Assembly: GCF_009834535.1 (NCBI RefSeq)
Contig: NC_045696.1
Location: 94,428,001 to 94,492,000, forward strand
DNA from: Camelus ferus
Taxonomy: Eukaryota
Length of the DNA stretch: 64,000 nucleotides
Direction of reading: 5' to 3'
Program-made: the position numbers and the translations under genes
In this document: positions 41,720 through 55,100 of the stretch, in pieces
Numbering within the stretch: the stretch's first letter is position 1
Layout: the number at the start of each line of letters is the position of its first letter
The notes under the pieces: model-generated
Database searches by the model: none
Seen by the model: the letters and a program-made list of their open reading frames with translations, nothing else
What the model was told of the DNA's origin: nothing

Positions 41720-43760
41720 TGTTCTTTAAGTGGCAAACTTTAAAAAAAATCTTGTAAGTATTATGGAATAATGGGATTTATTCATTTCCATTTTAGTTTC
41801 GTATACTTCTCTGGGTCATACTTAGCTGTTATCATTTCTTACACTTTAAGGCCATCCTCTTTGATTCCTAAAGAATCAAAGTGCTTCCTAAAAAATTTTT
41901 TCATATATGCTCTGTGGTTAAATTTTATAAGTTCAATATTGTTTGTGGTTTATCTACACTTACTTGAAAATCTGGTTCAAAAATTTGAAGATCTTTCTTT
42001 ACTGTCTTTTATATTTTCCATTGTTGCTTATGGGGAAACTGACTGTATTCTGATTTGTTTCTTTTGTAGGCAAGCTGTTTCCTTTTTCTGGATACTCTTA
42101 GAAATTTCTCTTTTCCCCTATTGTTCTGATTTCGCCAGGAATTGACAAAGTCATTTGTCATTAATTCTACATCCTTGGTGAGCTCTTTTAATCCAGAGAT
42201 TATATGTTTATTAAACACTGGGAATTGTTCTTTGATTTTTGTAATGTTTTATTAAATATTTTCTTCTCTCTCTATTCTCTGTATTCTCCTTCTGAAACTC
42301 CACTGGAACTTTTCTAATGCTGGGTCTAATTTCAGAGTGTTGATTTTTTCTTAATTTTCAATGACTTTTTATTTGTACTATAAATTCTGAGAGATTTCTT
42401 TCATTTTCCAAATTATCAACTTGGTCATAAGGCATGTTCAGTTTACTACTTGGTTGGTCCATTCGACATATTAGTTCAGCCATCACTTTTTTTTTTAGAC
42501 CTATGCTATATTTTTGTATTACTTTTTTTAAGTTGAAGTTTAGTCAGTTTACAACGCTGTGTCAATCTTTGGTGTACAGCATAATGCCTCAGTCATACAT
42601 ATACATACATATATTCGTTTTCATATTCTTTTTCGCCATAGGCTACTACAAGATATTGAATATAGTTCCCCATGCTATACAGAAGAAATTTGTTATATAT
42701 CCATTTTATATATAGTAGTTAGTATCTGCAAATCTAAAACTCCCAACTTACCCCTTCCACCCCTTGCCCCCTGTTGGTAACCATAAGCTTATTTTTTTAT
42801 GTCTGAGTCTGTTTCTGTTTTGTACAAAAGTTCATTTATGTCTGTTTTTTTTTTTTAGATTCTACATATAAATAATATTATATGTATTTTTCTTTGTCTT
42901 TCCGGCTTACTTCACTTAGAATAACATTCTCCAGGGCCGTCCATGTTGCTGCAAATGGCATTATTTTATTCTTTTTTGTTGCTGAGTAGTATTCCATTGT
43001 ATACATATACCAGAGCTGCTTTATCCAGTCATCTTCAATGGACATTTAGGTTGTTTCCATGTCTTGGCTATTGTAAATAGTGCTTCTATGAACATTGGGG
43101 TGCATGTGTCTTTTTGAATTAGAGTTCGCTCCAGATATATGCCCAAGAGTAGGATTGCTGGATCATGTGGTAAGTCTATTTAGTGTTTTTAGGAAACTCC
43201 ATACTGTTTTCCATAGTGGCTGCACCAGACTACATTCCCACTAGCAGTATAGAAGGGTTCCCTTTTCTCCACACCCTCTCCAGCATTTATCCTTGGTGGA
43301 CTTTTGAATGATGGCCTTTCTACTGGTGTGAGGTGATACCTCATTGTAGTTTTGGTTTTAATTTCTCTGATAATTAGCAATATTGAACATTTTTTCATGT
43401 GCCTATTGGCCATCTGTATGTCTTCATTAGAGAATTGCTCGTTTAGGTCTTCTGCCCATTTTTGGGATTGCAGCCATCATTTTAAAAATTTCAGGTATTA
43501 TTTCTTCTCTAATCTTGAGGGAATCCTCTTCTATATTTTTACTTATTCATAGTAGTATTTTCTTACTTACACTATAGATAAAAATTCTGTCTATTTCTAT
43601 AAATGCATTAATTAGAAAATTTTGAAAATTCTCTTATTTTCTAAATTATTCAATATTTTCTGCCTCTGAGGTCAATTGCTCTGTATGCTTTGTTTTTGTT
43701 CTTCTCATTTGTGGATTTTGGTTTTGATTGTGATCATTGTTCAGTTTTAGTCTTTCCTAT
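41720..43760 (-). mobile_element. Degraded old L1 ORF1/HAL1-like sequence hosting the L1 at 42487-43470
   Basis: ttttccattgttgcttatggggaaactgactgtattctgattt...taatccagagatt...ctccttctgaaactcc is ORF1-like on the antisense strand. Confidence 0.55.
42487..43470 (-). mobile_element. Young 5'-truncated LINE-1 with a 26-bp 3' read-through segment
   Basis: ORF 43189-43413 [30 protein letters not shown] (ORF2 C-terminus); TSD CAGCCATCA(c)TTTT at 42477-42490 and 43471-43483. Confidence 0.93.
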
Positions 43761-44513
43761 CTTAAAACATTTCTGACTCAAGGAAATAAAGTAGGAGAAA
43801 GGATGGGCTCACTTACCTGAATAGAAGATGATGGGTGGGTGGAGAAAATTCTCCCTCCTGCTCTGTCATGTTGTATGTGTGATAATTTGCATCAGCGTAA
43901 GTGGTTATGGTGATACTTGTTGAATGAGGGTAGAGCTAGTGGCAGCATTCTATACTGACTGTTCCTGATGCACAGTGTACCTAGGTTCTTGACTGTTCTA
44001 CAGATCTCCTGTTGATCCATGTGCTGGCTAAAATTCTTCCAAAAAGTCCTTCACTGTTTAAGGTTTCAGTTGTCTGAAAGAACTCTAACAAATAATGGAT
44101 ATCCTTCTCTGATGTTCATAGAAATGAACGAAGGACTACTTTATTAGACACAACTCTGGAAATTGTATGGATCCATGTCTCCCAGTGCCCCTCCATTTAT
44201 GGGAGGGGAGCCTTCAGCTTCTGTGTGAGTGAAGAATGAATGTGGAGAGAAGGCTTCCCTATACAGGAGAAGCACAGTGCCCTATATTTGGCATTATAAA
44301 GAGGGCTTCACAGTGAGGGTGGAAAGTTTTAGTCAGTTTCACTCCTAAGCAGAAGTGCCTTTCTCTTTTTACCCCAGTCCTCTTCCCTTCCTTCTCTCCT
44401 CTTGTGTGTTTAGAAGAGTTCTGGTAACTGCTGTATTTCTGCTCTTTCTTCCAGTCTCTGCTCTTGGCCCCTTTATGAAATAAACAGGAACTGGGAAGGA
44501 CTCAGTTATCCCA

Positions 44514-44569
44514 TTTGTTAAGAATGTGATTATTTATCTTTGTTAAGAATGTGATTCTTTTATCTTTGT
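44514..44569. repeat. Local tandem duplication of a ~25-bp unit
   Basis: tttgttaagaatgtgattatttatc followed by tttgttaagaatgtgattcttttatc. Confidence 0.9.
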
Positions 44570-44847
44570 ATTGATTGAATCTGAGTTTGTAGCTAGAGTA
44601 TCTTGCCCTGTGGTTTCCTCTGATTAGATTTCACCACCAATTAATTCCACCCATTTTTGTCTTATAAAATGTCTATAAAGCTTGGATGTCTGATGCCACT
44701 TCCTTTCCAGAATTGATATACTTCATGATTGTTATTGTTATTATTATTATTTAAACACTTTTCTACATTCCAGTGGGAACTTGGGAGAGACGGGAGAGAG
44801 TATATGTGCTCAGTCACCGTCTGATTTTGCCATTACATGAAATTTCC

Positions 44848-45016
44848 AATGATTCTCAGTCTTGGCTGTACCTTGGAGGGTTTTTAAAAAATACTAGTGC
44901 CAGAAGCTCAGTCCCAAAGATGGTGATTTATTTAGTCTGGAGTGGAACCCAGGCATCAGTAGTATTTTAAAGCTCCCTAGGTGATTGTAATGTGAAGTCA
45001 AGTTGGAGAACAACTC
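44848..45016. mobile_element. MER5-family hAT-Charlie MITE
   Basis: ggagtggaacccaggcatcagtagtattttaaagctccctaggtgattgtaatgtg...ttggagaacaact. Confidence 0.8.
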
Positions 45017-47899
45017 TTCTAAGCAAATATATTGCCATGTTTAAAGAGGAGTGAATTCTCAAACTTCAGTCTCGTAAAAATACTCAGAGGAGATTCTGGG
45101 ATTCCCTACTCAATATGCTGATTAGGTAGGAGTCTGATTATTGCTTCTACTTTAGATATCCTAAAGGGAAACAGGGACCTGAAATTTCCTTCACCAGTTT
45201 CTGAATGCTTCTGTTTCTTTCTGCCTTTATTTTTGTGCCTTCACCCTTATACCTATCAAAGGCAGATAAAGATACTATGACACAGCTTAAAAATCCTCAA
45301 TGCTATGACCCAAGAAGCTACCCACCAACATTCAATTGATACTGACATTTAATATGTGCCTTATATGTTATTCCCAACCTGGCCCATCCCAGAAGTTCTT
45401 AACTACAAGGTGGTTTACCTTCCCAGGCCCATTTTAATGGCTCATTCTGAGGTTCCTTATTTTTCAAAGGTAGTCAGTTTTTCAAAATTAATGACCTATC
45501 AAACAATACTAACAATCACAGACATCATTTTCATCAAGAAAATTAGGGCAATTGTTTTTTCACACTTGAAAAGCAACCTTGTACTAATACTTTGCCATTT
45601 TTTTTAAGATGAAATTGATGAAAGGACCCAACTTACAACTCTTGACAAAGAATGTGAGTTTCTTGAGGTCAGAAAAGAACTCATCTTTATGCCCTTATGG
45701 AGTATAAATAAGTTTAGCACTTCTCTAAAATTAGAATATGCTTACAAAGCTCGAAGACTGCCTCTCAGAAGACACTGTAAAACTGAAGAATCTTTTTCCA
45801 TCTTGGTGGTAAGGACTGCTGCACAGATTCTTAACTGACATGGAAGTAATGGGCTTCCAGGTAGCCGGTCACACTAAAAGTCGAATATTTTCAAATTTTA
45901 TAAAAACTTATAGAGACATTAAATTTCAAGTTTTATTATAGTCTATTATCTAAGAGAGTACATTTTCCACAAACTAAAATTCTAGTATTTGTCTAAGATA
46001 ATTTTAATCTCATGTCCTTAAAATCAGGAGATCCAAAATTTAAAAATTTTAAACACAGGTAATTTTAAGTGTTTATATTAGAAATATTAAAAAATGGAAT
46101 ATATCTGATTTTTATCCTGTTTTTAAACATGGATTCATATTCTACATAAAGTGTGTAGTCCCTTTTAATTATATTCTATTTAACACAACCACACATCTAA
46201 TTTATTAACTCTTAATTATATAGTACAGAAGCAGCCAAAAAAACCAAAACTCTTCTGTTTATTGCTGGAAATTTTCCCATAGAAAGAAGTGAAGTGCAGA
46301 ATGTTTTGAGAGCATGTAATTAAGAAATCAGTATCTAAATTTCACTTAAATAAAATGTGGGGCAAAGGCATATGTTTATATCCTTTCTATGAGATTCATA
46401 AAATCCTGTCTGGAAAACATTTCCTGGTGCACTGCAAGGTGGGAAAGTAAGATGAATTTAATTTGCATCATAAAAACTGGACAGAAACTATTTCAGAAAA
46501 AAAGGTGATAGTGACTGAAAGACTGGGCACCAAAATTTGGGGGAAGAGTGTGTCAAAATGTCTGAGGATAATGTCTATTGACTATGTAATACTGGTTTGT
46601 AAGAGCAACAACACATAGGATTCACTCACTCCTCTTTAAACTTGAGGTATTTTAAAAGTTTATGTCTAGAATTCAAAGGAAATCTATGAACAGCTTACAT
46701 GATCACATAATATACTAATATTATAAATTAATAAGCTGAAACAATGCACAAAAGATATATGCAGTGAAAGTGTTTATTTCTTAACCAAATCTTTAAAACA
46801 CCCTTAGCCCTCCTTAGCCCTGAAGGCAGTGAGCAAATATTTTTGCTCACAAATGAAAGAACATCTCTACATTAATTATTAAAAGGGCAAGAACAGGAAC
46901 TCTTACAGAGCTACAAGAAAAAAAATCAAACAAAACCAACTTCATAAATTTTCAGCCGAATTTACCACCTGTGGCTAATAAAGTAGAGCCAGCGCAGAAT
47001 CTAGCCTTCCTCACCAATGCCTCAGTCTCTTTAACTCTTTAAAAGCTTTATTTCCACTAGTTACTTTAACTGCACTCAGAATGACTGGGATTTTGATGTG
47101 CATATATACAATAAATGTATATATATGTATTTTTTTTCCTCATTTAGAAAGTATCAACCCTGATCCATGGAAAGTTATGAATGTCTTTTTATGTATTTGC
47201 TTCAGTAATAAGTTTAAAACCAGTGAAATTATACAATTCAATCTTTAGATTTTTCTATGTTCAAATTCATAATAGTGAGAACATTTGTAACAATATTTAA
47301 ATTTCAGAAACATGGGATAAACAATATACTAGGAAATTAGCAAATTTCATAATGCCAGAATGTTTGACAAGACAAAAAATGAGAAGCAAATTCACTTCTT
47401 ACAGCTCATTAAATATCATAAAATAATTTTTAATTGTTGACGCTAATAGTTATTGTGTTCTGCACTTTTTAAAACAAAATATTTGTTTTATATCTATGCA
47501 TGTCAATTCAGAAAATTAAATGAGTATTTTTCTGTCAATGACTCATATATATTTTTATCAGGTAGTTTTGAAAATACCATACTAATCCAAGGGAAAAGCT
47601 TTGAGTAAGTGTGCATAGGGATCACGTATAATTTGTCAATAAAGTCCACTAAACATTCAGGCTTTGATACCATGTTTCGTGAGGAGAGAAATAAATATCA
47701 AAGGTTAAACACCTATAAACCCTATCTTAGGTGAGAAAAGAAGAAAGAAAACATCTTCCTCCAATCACTGAAAAGCTTGTGAGGTTGTTTAGACTTGAAA
47801 TTTGACCTTAAGGATGACTTTTTGGCTTCTAGCTCTGTATGTTTAATAGCAAATTTATGGGACTATCAAAATACAACCTACTGGCATCACCAAGAAATA

Positions 47900-50040
47900 A
47901 CAAAAATATAATATGAAAAAAAAAGATGAAGAAACATTGAGCTGGAATAAGAACTGACATTAAACAGCTCACTTAATATAAGGCAGAGTGAATGAAAAGA
48001 GAATTATGCCTGCAAATCCTCGTATTGAAATCCTACAAGAAAACCACCACCACTACAAAACGCACAAAGTGTCTTAGATATCAGGACAAAAATATTATGC
48101 TGGTCATAATTATGTGGCATTAAACATATCACAAAATACATAGGTAACAGTAAAAAGTTTTACTTGGACAACAGTTGATAGATTTAAATGTTTATAGAAG
48201 TAGTGAACAATTAAAATGAGTAAATTAGAAAGCTTTCAACTAAAACAATTTTTGAAAGGCAGTACAGTAGAATAAAGAAGCTAAAGGTGAAACAGAAATT
48301 GATGAATGGAAAGCAAAGAAAGAAGAGAACTCATAATAAATCTAAGGACTGGTTCTGTAAAATACCAATGAAATAAGGAAAGCTCATCGGGGCTAATCAA
48401 AAGAAAGAGATGGGTATACACACACTATAGAGACAGAGATAAGAAATGAGAGATCATGAGAGGGGAGGGGGGATCTGGCTGTATATCTGTATACAGAAGA
48501 GCATGGAGTTCATGGCACTGCTGTATAAAATTCTATATAAATATATTGGAAAATATATTTCAAATAGACGATTCTCTACCTAATTGATGGAAGAAAGAAT
48601 GTATTTGGAAAGAAACAAGGAAATTGACTAAAACCTATTTTAGCTACTAGAAGAATATAACTCAGTTGAAAAAAAAATCTCCTAGATACCAGTAATAAGC
48701 CTTTATGGAAATATAATGGAAAACTGCCACTCATAATATCAATAAAAATTTTTTTAAAGTGATTAAACATAAGTTATGAAAATTTATATAAATATACAAA
48801 AGTTTTCTGTGAAGCAAAAAAAGTTTTAAATAAGTAGAAAAATATACAGTGTTTATGCATGGAAAAACTCAATATTAAATTTTTCATTCTTTTCAAATTG
48901 ACAACAATGTTTAATGTAATAAAATTCATGTAACAAAGTAAGATTGTAGAAAACTTGAGCAATTGATACTTAAGTTCACCTGGAAAAATGACAACAGCCT
49001 GGGAAATTTTGTAAAAGGAAAGTTGAAAGACAGGAGTTATCCTATCATGTGTTTAAAGTGCATTATAAAACTACAATAATTTAACATCATGGAACTCCTG
49101 AATGGAAAAGAAAAAACCATAACTGAAGCGCCATATTTGAAACAACAAAAATTTCAGAAACCAAATATATCTAAATATAAAAATTTAGTGTATCAATGGT
49201 GGCACTTCATCCCAGTGGGAAATTATCCAGTAAGTGATCTGAAACAATTAATATCCTGTTTAGGAAAAGTTAAAATAAATTCCTATCTTATATTGCAAAC
49301 CAAAACTAATTCCAGTTAGAACAAAGATTTTAAAATTTAAAAAAGATTAGTGTTTAACCACATATAAACATTATGTTAAAAACATGAAACTCTAAACCTA
49401 CACAATAGGAAAAAACATTTGCAACAAACATACCAAGCTGTTAGTAGTCTTAAAATACAAAAACCTCAAATAAACCATTCTAAACCATGTCCAACATTCC
49501 AATAGAAAAATAGTCCAAAAACTTGCACAGGCAATTTCCAAAGGATATAATGCAAATGATCAAAAATGTGAAAAACTGAGGTGGTCACTGCTGTCTTTGC
49601 ATGCCTGGCATCTCTTTACTGTGGAACTGCATCCTCCACATTGTGTGATTCTGCTGGAACCAGCAACAGTAAACCATGTACTCCTGACCACTGTGTGTAC
49701 GTATTGTGTGACCTATGCTGTTCCAACCAAACTCTTGCCCAGGAACTGTCATCCTAAGTGAGACATAAAGGGGTGCAAAGTAATTGATGCCAAATCATTT
49801 AAAGGCAGCACCGTAGAAGAGAAGGCTCACAAATGCACACTCCTTTTCCATGTCACATTCCGTAAGTTATTTCCACTAACCCTTTCCTTATTTAAGGTAT
49901 ACAGAATCTGTTTCTTTAAATCAAAAACCTTCAGTGATACAAACTGTTGAATCTCACTAATGATCAAAGAAATATAAATTAAAACAACTATCATCGTTTT
50001 GTCCAAATGTTTAGTAAATATCAAAACAAATAATAGGCAA
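47900..50040 (+). mobile_element. Heavily degraded old LINE-1 ORF2 (L1M/ME), with an ERVL LTR16-like insert at ~49580-49830
   Basis: tgtttatgcatggaaaaactcaatattaa...cattataaaactacaataatt...atctcactaatgatcaaagaaatataaattaaaacaac; insert contains gtgacctatgctgttccaaccaaactcttgcccaggaact. Confidence 0.65.
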
Positions 50041-50241
50041 AAGGGTCTATGGATGAGAAAGAAAACTATGAAAAGCTTTCATATGCATTGAATTTTTTTT
50101 ATATTTTGTTTTTAAAAAATGATATAAAGAGGATAAAGTGGGAAAAAAAAGAATTCATTTTCTAAGCTCACTTCTCGGACTGAACACAACTTTTTCCATT
50201 AATTTTTCAAGCAAATATTTTTTTAAAGCCTAATAAGGATT

Positions 50242-50462
50242 ATGTATTAGGTCCCTTTGGGGAAGAGATGCAAACAAGGTTTAAGTAATTTCAGAAGATT
50301 TATAAACATGTAAACAGGGTTCAGAGAAATCAACAGGCAATAGTGCACTACCCTGGGGCTAGCAACAGCTGGAAGCCATTACTCCTGGGCCTGAAGCAGC
50401 AATACAGGGAGGGCCACAGAAATGGGGAGAGTAGCTGTTTGGAGCTGTGGCCTTCAGTAAGG
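50242..50462. mobile_element. ERVL LTR33-like fragment
   Basis: tgtattagg...cagggttcagagaaatcaacagg...ccctggggctagcaacagctggaagccattac...ggcctgaag. Confidence 0.6.
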
Positions 50463-50931
50463 TTTTGTCACCTTCCCTGGAATACTAAAACACTTTGGAA
50501 TAAGAAGAGGAATATAAAGTGTCAGACTTAGATGAGGGGGGCTGAGGGTTGTTTGGAAAACCTAAAATATATTCTTAAATGTATACTTCATTCTAAAATC
50601 AGTTCACCATTTCTAAGAGGATATTATTTTCTGAAATCTGCATATATAATCTCTAATATTTTCATCTTTATTCTTTGTAAATATATGTTTTTCAATTAAA
50701 AATTATGTAAAATTTAGAAGATGGATTTGGGGGGAGAAAAGTATGAGCAGAGGGCCAAGAGCAATTCTGATTCCAATTTTGTGTTCTGGACAAAAATGAT
50801 TAGAAGCCATATGTATTTTGTAATTGGGTTTCAGTGTCCCATTTTGATAGTTAATAAAGGTTACCTAAGAAGGTAATGTCTGAGCTAAGACTGTATGGTG
50901 AGAATCGATCAGAAAATCAAAATAGTAAGTC

Positions 50932-51350
50932 CAGCAGTTTATTGGAGCTGACTAGTTACTAGCTAAGAATTGACTGTTAAATTTTTAGGAATTTTGCAGG
51001 CTGGTTGTTAAACACAGTCTGTGTTTAAAATTAAATTATACTAAGCAATAATTATAACTACATTATATACAAAGGTAATAAATATTTGAAACCATCACTT
51101 TCTAATTGTTACATTATGTTTATGCTCTTGAGGCTGTTTACAACTAATGAATCTGTATGGAAGGAATACTGTATAAGGACGCTACTGCTTTTCTTCCCCA
51201 CCTCACATTTAATGATTTCAGACTGGTACCTTGGAGTTAGATATGGTGAAAGTCCTTTTTATACAATGGGATTGGCAATTTTTTACAAATTAGAGGGCTG
51301 TTTTGTTTTTCTCAGAATCAGTTGTTAAATGTTTACCAGCATACCGGTTG
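50932..51350. mobile_element. MER63(B)-like hAT-Blackjack element
   Basis: tgttaaatttttaggaattttgcaggctggttgttaaacacag...tatgctcttgagg...gttgttaaatgtttaccagcatacc; about 420 bp. Confidence 0.85.
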
Positions 51351-51425
51351 AAAAATGAGCAGTAGACTGGGAAAATAAAAACTTGAATACTCTAAGCAAA
51401 AAGTCCTGCATAAATAGTGAAGAAA

Positions 51426-51515
51426 GTGGTGTAGTGGTATCAGGAGTAGCAGCAGTGGTAGTAGTGGTAGTGGAGGTAACGGTGGTGGTGGTGCAGTGAT
51501 GGTAATGGTGGTATT
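51426..51515. repeat. Degenerate (GGT/AGT)n trinucleotide repeat
   Basis: Read directly from sequence. Confidence 0.85.
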
Positions 51516-51529
51516 AGTTGTAAAACTAT

Positions 51530-51735
51530 CTTATTAAGTGCTAGGATGCAGAGTCACATTCAATCCTCATAAAAACCCTATAAGGCAGATAATATTAATA
51601 ATTTCCATTTTCCCAATAAGGGGACTGTTGCCTAGGGAGGTTAAAGAACTTGCCTATGGGCTCACAGCAGCAGAGCTGAGCTGTAATCCTGAGCATGCTG
51701 GACCAGATAGTTTAAACTCTTAATCACCGCATACT
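51530..51735 (-). mobile_element. MIR SINE
   Basis: caatcctcataaaaaccctataaggcagat...gaggttaaagaacttgcctatgggctcacagc. Confidence 0.85.
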
Positions 51736-52185
51736 GTGTCTTTGGTATGATACACTGAAGCATCAATTTAGGGGGTGGGAAATGATGATAAATTGCCTGG
51801 AGAGGTGAGCAAAAGTCAGAACATAAAGCACTTGCAACAAAATAATAGTAATAATCCTTCCGAGAGTCCATTATATGGTGAGTAATAAACTAAGAACTTA
51901 ATACACTTCACCACAGGATCCCTCGCAATTAGCAGTTAACTACCCTTCATTATTTTAGCATGACTTTATTGTTTTGATAAAAAAGCACATGTTCATTATA
52001 CTGAAATAAAAAATAAGAAAGCTTAAAATATGCAAATACTCAACTGTGAAATAATTATCATTAATATATGAAAATCATTCTACACATCACTACACACATA
52101 CATACAAATAGCAGGTGTTACATAGACAGATACATAGAAGTGTAATTCAGAGAAGTGATATTCTGAATCTATGTTCTTACTGAGC

Positions 52186-52260
52186 TTTTTATTTTACATT
52201 TTAAATTTATATTAAAAAATTGCAAAGATAGTACAGAGTCTTCTCATACACCTCACACCA
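52186..52260 (-). mobile_element. LINE-1 3' terminus (L1MC/MD-like)
   Basis: ttttaaatttatattaaaaaattgcaaagatagtacagag...catacacctcac. Confidence 0.75.
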
Positions 52261-54310
52261 CCCAGATGGCTTCACTGGTGAATTCTATCAATTCTAAAAA
52301 TTCAAGAAAGAATAATACCAGTGGTTCACAAACTCTCCCAGGAAATAGAAGCAGAAGGAACACTTCCTGACTCATCTGTTGAGGCCAGCATTACCCTAGT
52401 AATAAAATCAAATAAAGACATTACAGGAAAGAAAAACTATAGATCAATCTCTCTGATAAACATAAATGGAAAATCCTTGACAAAATACTAGCAAAATCAA
52501 ATGTTTAAATACTGGCAAATCCATAATGTATAATAAGAATTATACACCATAACCTAGTGAGATGTATTCCAAGTATATAAAGCTGGTTAAACATTTTAAA
52601 TATAATCCACCATATTAACAGGGTAAAGAAGAAAAACATCGTGATCACATCAATTGACACAGAAAAAAACATTTGACAAAATTCAATGCTCATTCATGTT
52701 GAAAACTCTCAGCAAACTAAGAATACCAAGTAATTTCCTCAACATGATAAGAAACATCAAAAAAAACCTATGGAGAGATTGGTAAAATTGGTGAGAAATT
52801 GGAGACTTTGCTCCTAAGATCATGAACACGGCAAAAATATCCTCTCTTACCACTTCTATTCAACATCTTACCGGAAATTTTAGCTAGGAGAGTAAGAGCA
52901 AAAGATACACGGAAAAGAAGGAAGGAGAAAATAAACAAAATACAGGTCAGAAAGGAAGAAATAAAGCTGTTCATATATGACATGCTTATTGATGCAAAAA
53001 GTACCAAGAATCAACAAAAAAGACCCCTTCTGGAACAAATAAGTGAGGATAGCAAGGTTGCAGGATACAAAGTTAATACACAAAAGTCAGTTACTTTCCT
53101 ATGTGCTAGCAATGAACAATTATAAATTAAAAAGTTTTAAAGCAATGCCGTTTATAATAGCACCCAAAAATAAAATATTAGATGTAAATCTAAGAAAATA
53201 TGTGCAAAATCTATATGTGGAAAACAACAAAATTCTGTGACAGAAATCAAAGATCTAAATAAACAGTCATGTTGTGGATTGGAAGACTCATTACTAAGAT
53301 GTCAATTCTTCCCAACTTTGTTAATAGATTTAGTGCAATCCCCAACAAAATCCAAGGAAACGATTTTATAGATATCAATAAACTGATTCTCAAGTTTGTA
53401 TGGGAAGGCAAAGTCTTGGGAAGCCAACATAGTACTGAAGAAGAAAACAAATCTGGAGGACTTTTCACTACCAGATTTTAAGATCTGCAAAAAAGCTGTA
53501 GTTATCAAACCAGCGTGGTACTGGTGAAAGAGCAGACACCTAGGTGGACAGAACAGAGTCCAAAAAAAAAAAAGAAAAAATCCACACAAATATGGACGAC
53601 TGATCATGGATAAAGCAGCAAAGGCAATTTAATGGTGAAGGAATAGGTTTTTTTCCAGCAGTGGTACTGGAACAGTTGGATGTCTATATGTAAACAAATG
53701 AATCTAGACACAAACTTTACATCATACACAAAAAATTAACTCAAAATGGATCATAGACCTAAATGTAAAATGCAAAATTATAAAACTTCTAAAAGGAAAC
53801 AGTAGAAGAAATCTATGTGGCCTTATAATTGGTGATGAAATTTTAGACACACACCAGAAGCATGATTCATAAAAGTTAATTGGTAAGTTGGACTTTATTA
53901 AAATTAAAAACTTCTGCTCTTTAAAATACTGTTAAAATGAAAAGACACAGAGTGAGAGAAAAGAGTAAAACACATATCTGATAAGACATATCAAAATATA
54001 CAAATAACTCTTAAAATTCAACAATAAAAAAACAAAAATGGACAGATCTGAATATTCATCTCACTACATAAGACATGAAATGGAAAACAGGGATATGGAA
54101 AGATACTCAACATTGTATGCTATTAGGGAATTGCAAATAGATTAAAACAGCAATGAGATAACACTGCAGACCTATTAGAATAGCTAAAATCCAAAACAGC
54201 TGACAGCACCAACTGCTGGTGTGGATATGAAGCAACAGGAACTCTCATTCATTACTGGTTGCAAATGCAAAATGGCACAGGCCCTTTAGAAGACAGTTTG
54301 GTAGTTTCTT
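52261..54310 (+). mobile_element. Decayed LINE-1 ORF2 (RT through C-terminus), sense orientation
   Basis: cccagatggcttcactggtgaattcta (PDGFTGEF); ORF 53269-53481 WIGRL..KMSILPNFVNRFSAIP..ILKFVW. Confidence 0.92.
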
Positions 54311-55100
54311 TCACCTTTTGATGTCCCACAGTTCTTAAATGTTCTGTTTTGAGGGGTCTTTTCTCTCTTTGCATTTTAGTTTGCAGGTAAGTTTCTATGG
54401 ATCTGTCTTCAGGCTCACCTAATCTCACATCAATTATGTTGTCTTTTTTGATGAGCCATCAAAGATATTCTTCATTTCTTTTACAGTTTTTCTTGTCTAA
54501 CATTTCCTTGTGATTCTTTCTTAGAGTTTCTGTCTTAGCTTACATTACCCATATATTCTTGCATGTTCCGTACTTTCTTCCTGGGGGCCCCTTAAAATAT
54601 TACTCATAGTTATTTTACATTCCCTGTCTGATAATTTCAGCATCTCTAGCATATCTGATTCTGATAATTGCTTTGTTTCTTCAGACTGTATTTTTTCTTG
54701 CCTTGTAATTTTTTTTGAAAGTCAGACATGTTGTATCAGGTAATGGGAACTGAGGTAAATAGGCCTTTAGTGTGAACATTTATGTTAACGTGACTAGGCT
54801 TTGGGCTATGTTCAGTGTTTGCTGTAGCTCTACAGACCAGAGACTCCAGATTCCTCTAGTGTCCTTTGTTTTGCCTTCTCTCTTGGCTTTGGGCTTTCCT
54901 ACTCCTTATCTTCCTCTGAGAGAGTCTGTGTCTTACAGCTATTTCAGCTACAACCCACTGTTATCCTACTGGAGTCCTGTTAGTGTGGAGAGAGGAAATG
55001 CTTTATCATTAACTCAATAAAATGTCATTCAATTAAATGTCGGTGTCTCAGGTTTTTAGTTTTTTTCCATCTTCTCTACTCCCTTTCCTGGTTGCAGATT
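54311..55100 (-). mobile_element. Old L1M ORF1 / 5' region
   Basis: gtcccacagttctt...gatgagccatcaaagatattcttcatttct...ttccctgtctgataatttcagcatct; antisense counterpart of 41375-41700. Confidence 0.75.

Noticed and set aside
43811..43819. Perfect minus-strand donor CAG|GTAAGT
   Set aside because: I found no convincing upstream acceptor or frame, and isolated 9-mers are expected by chance.
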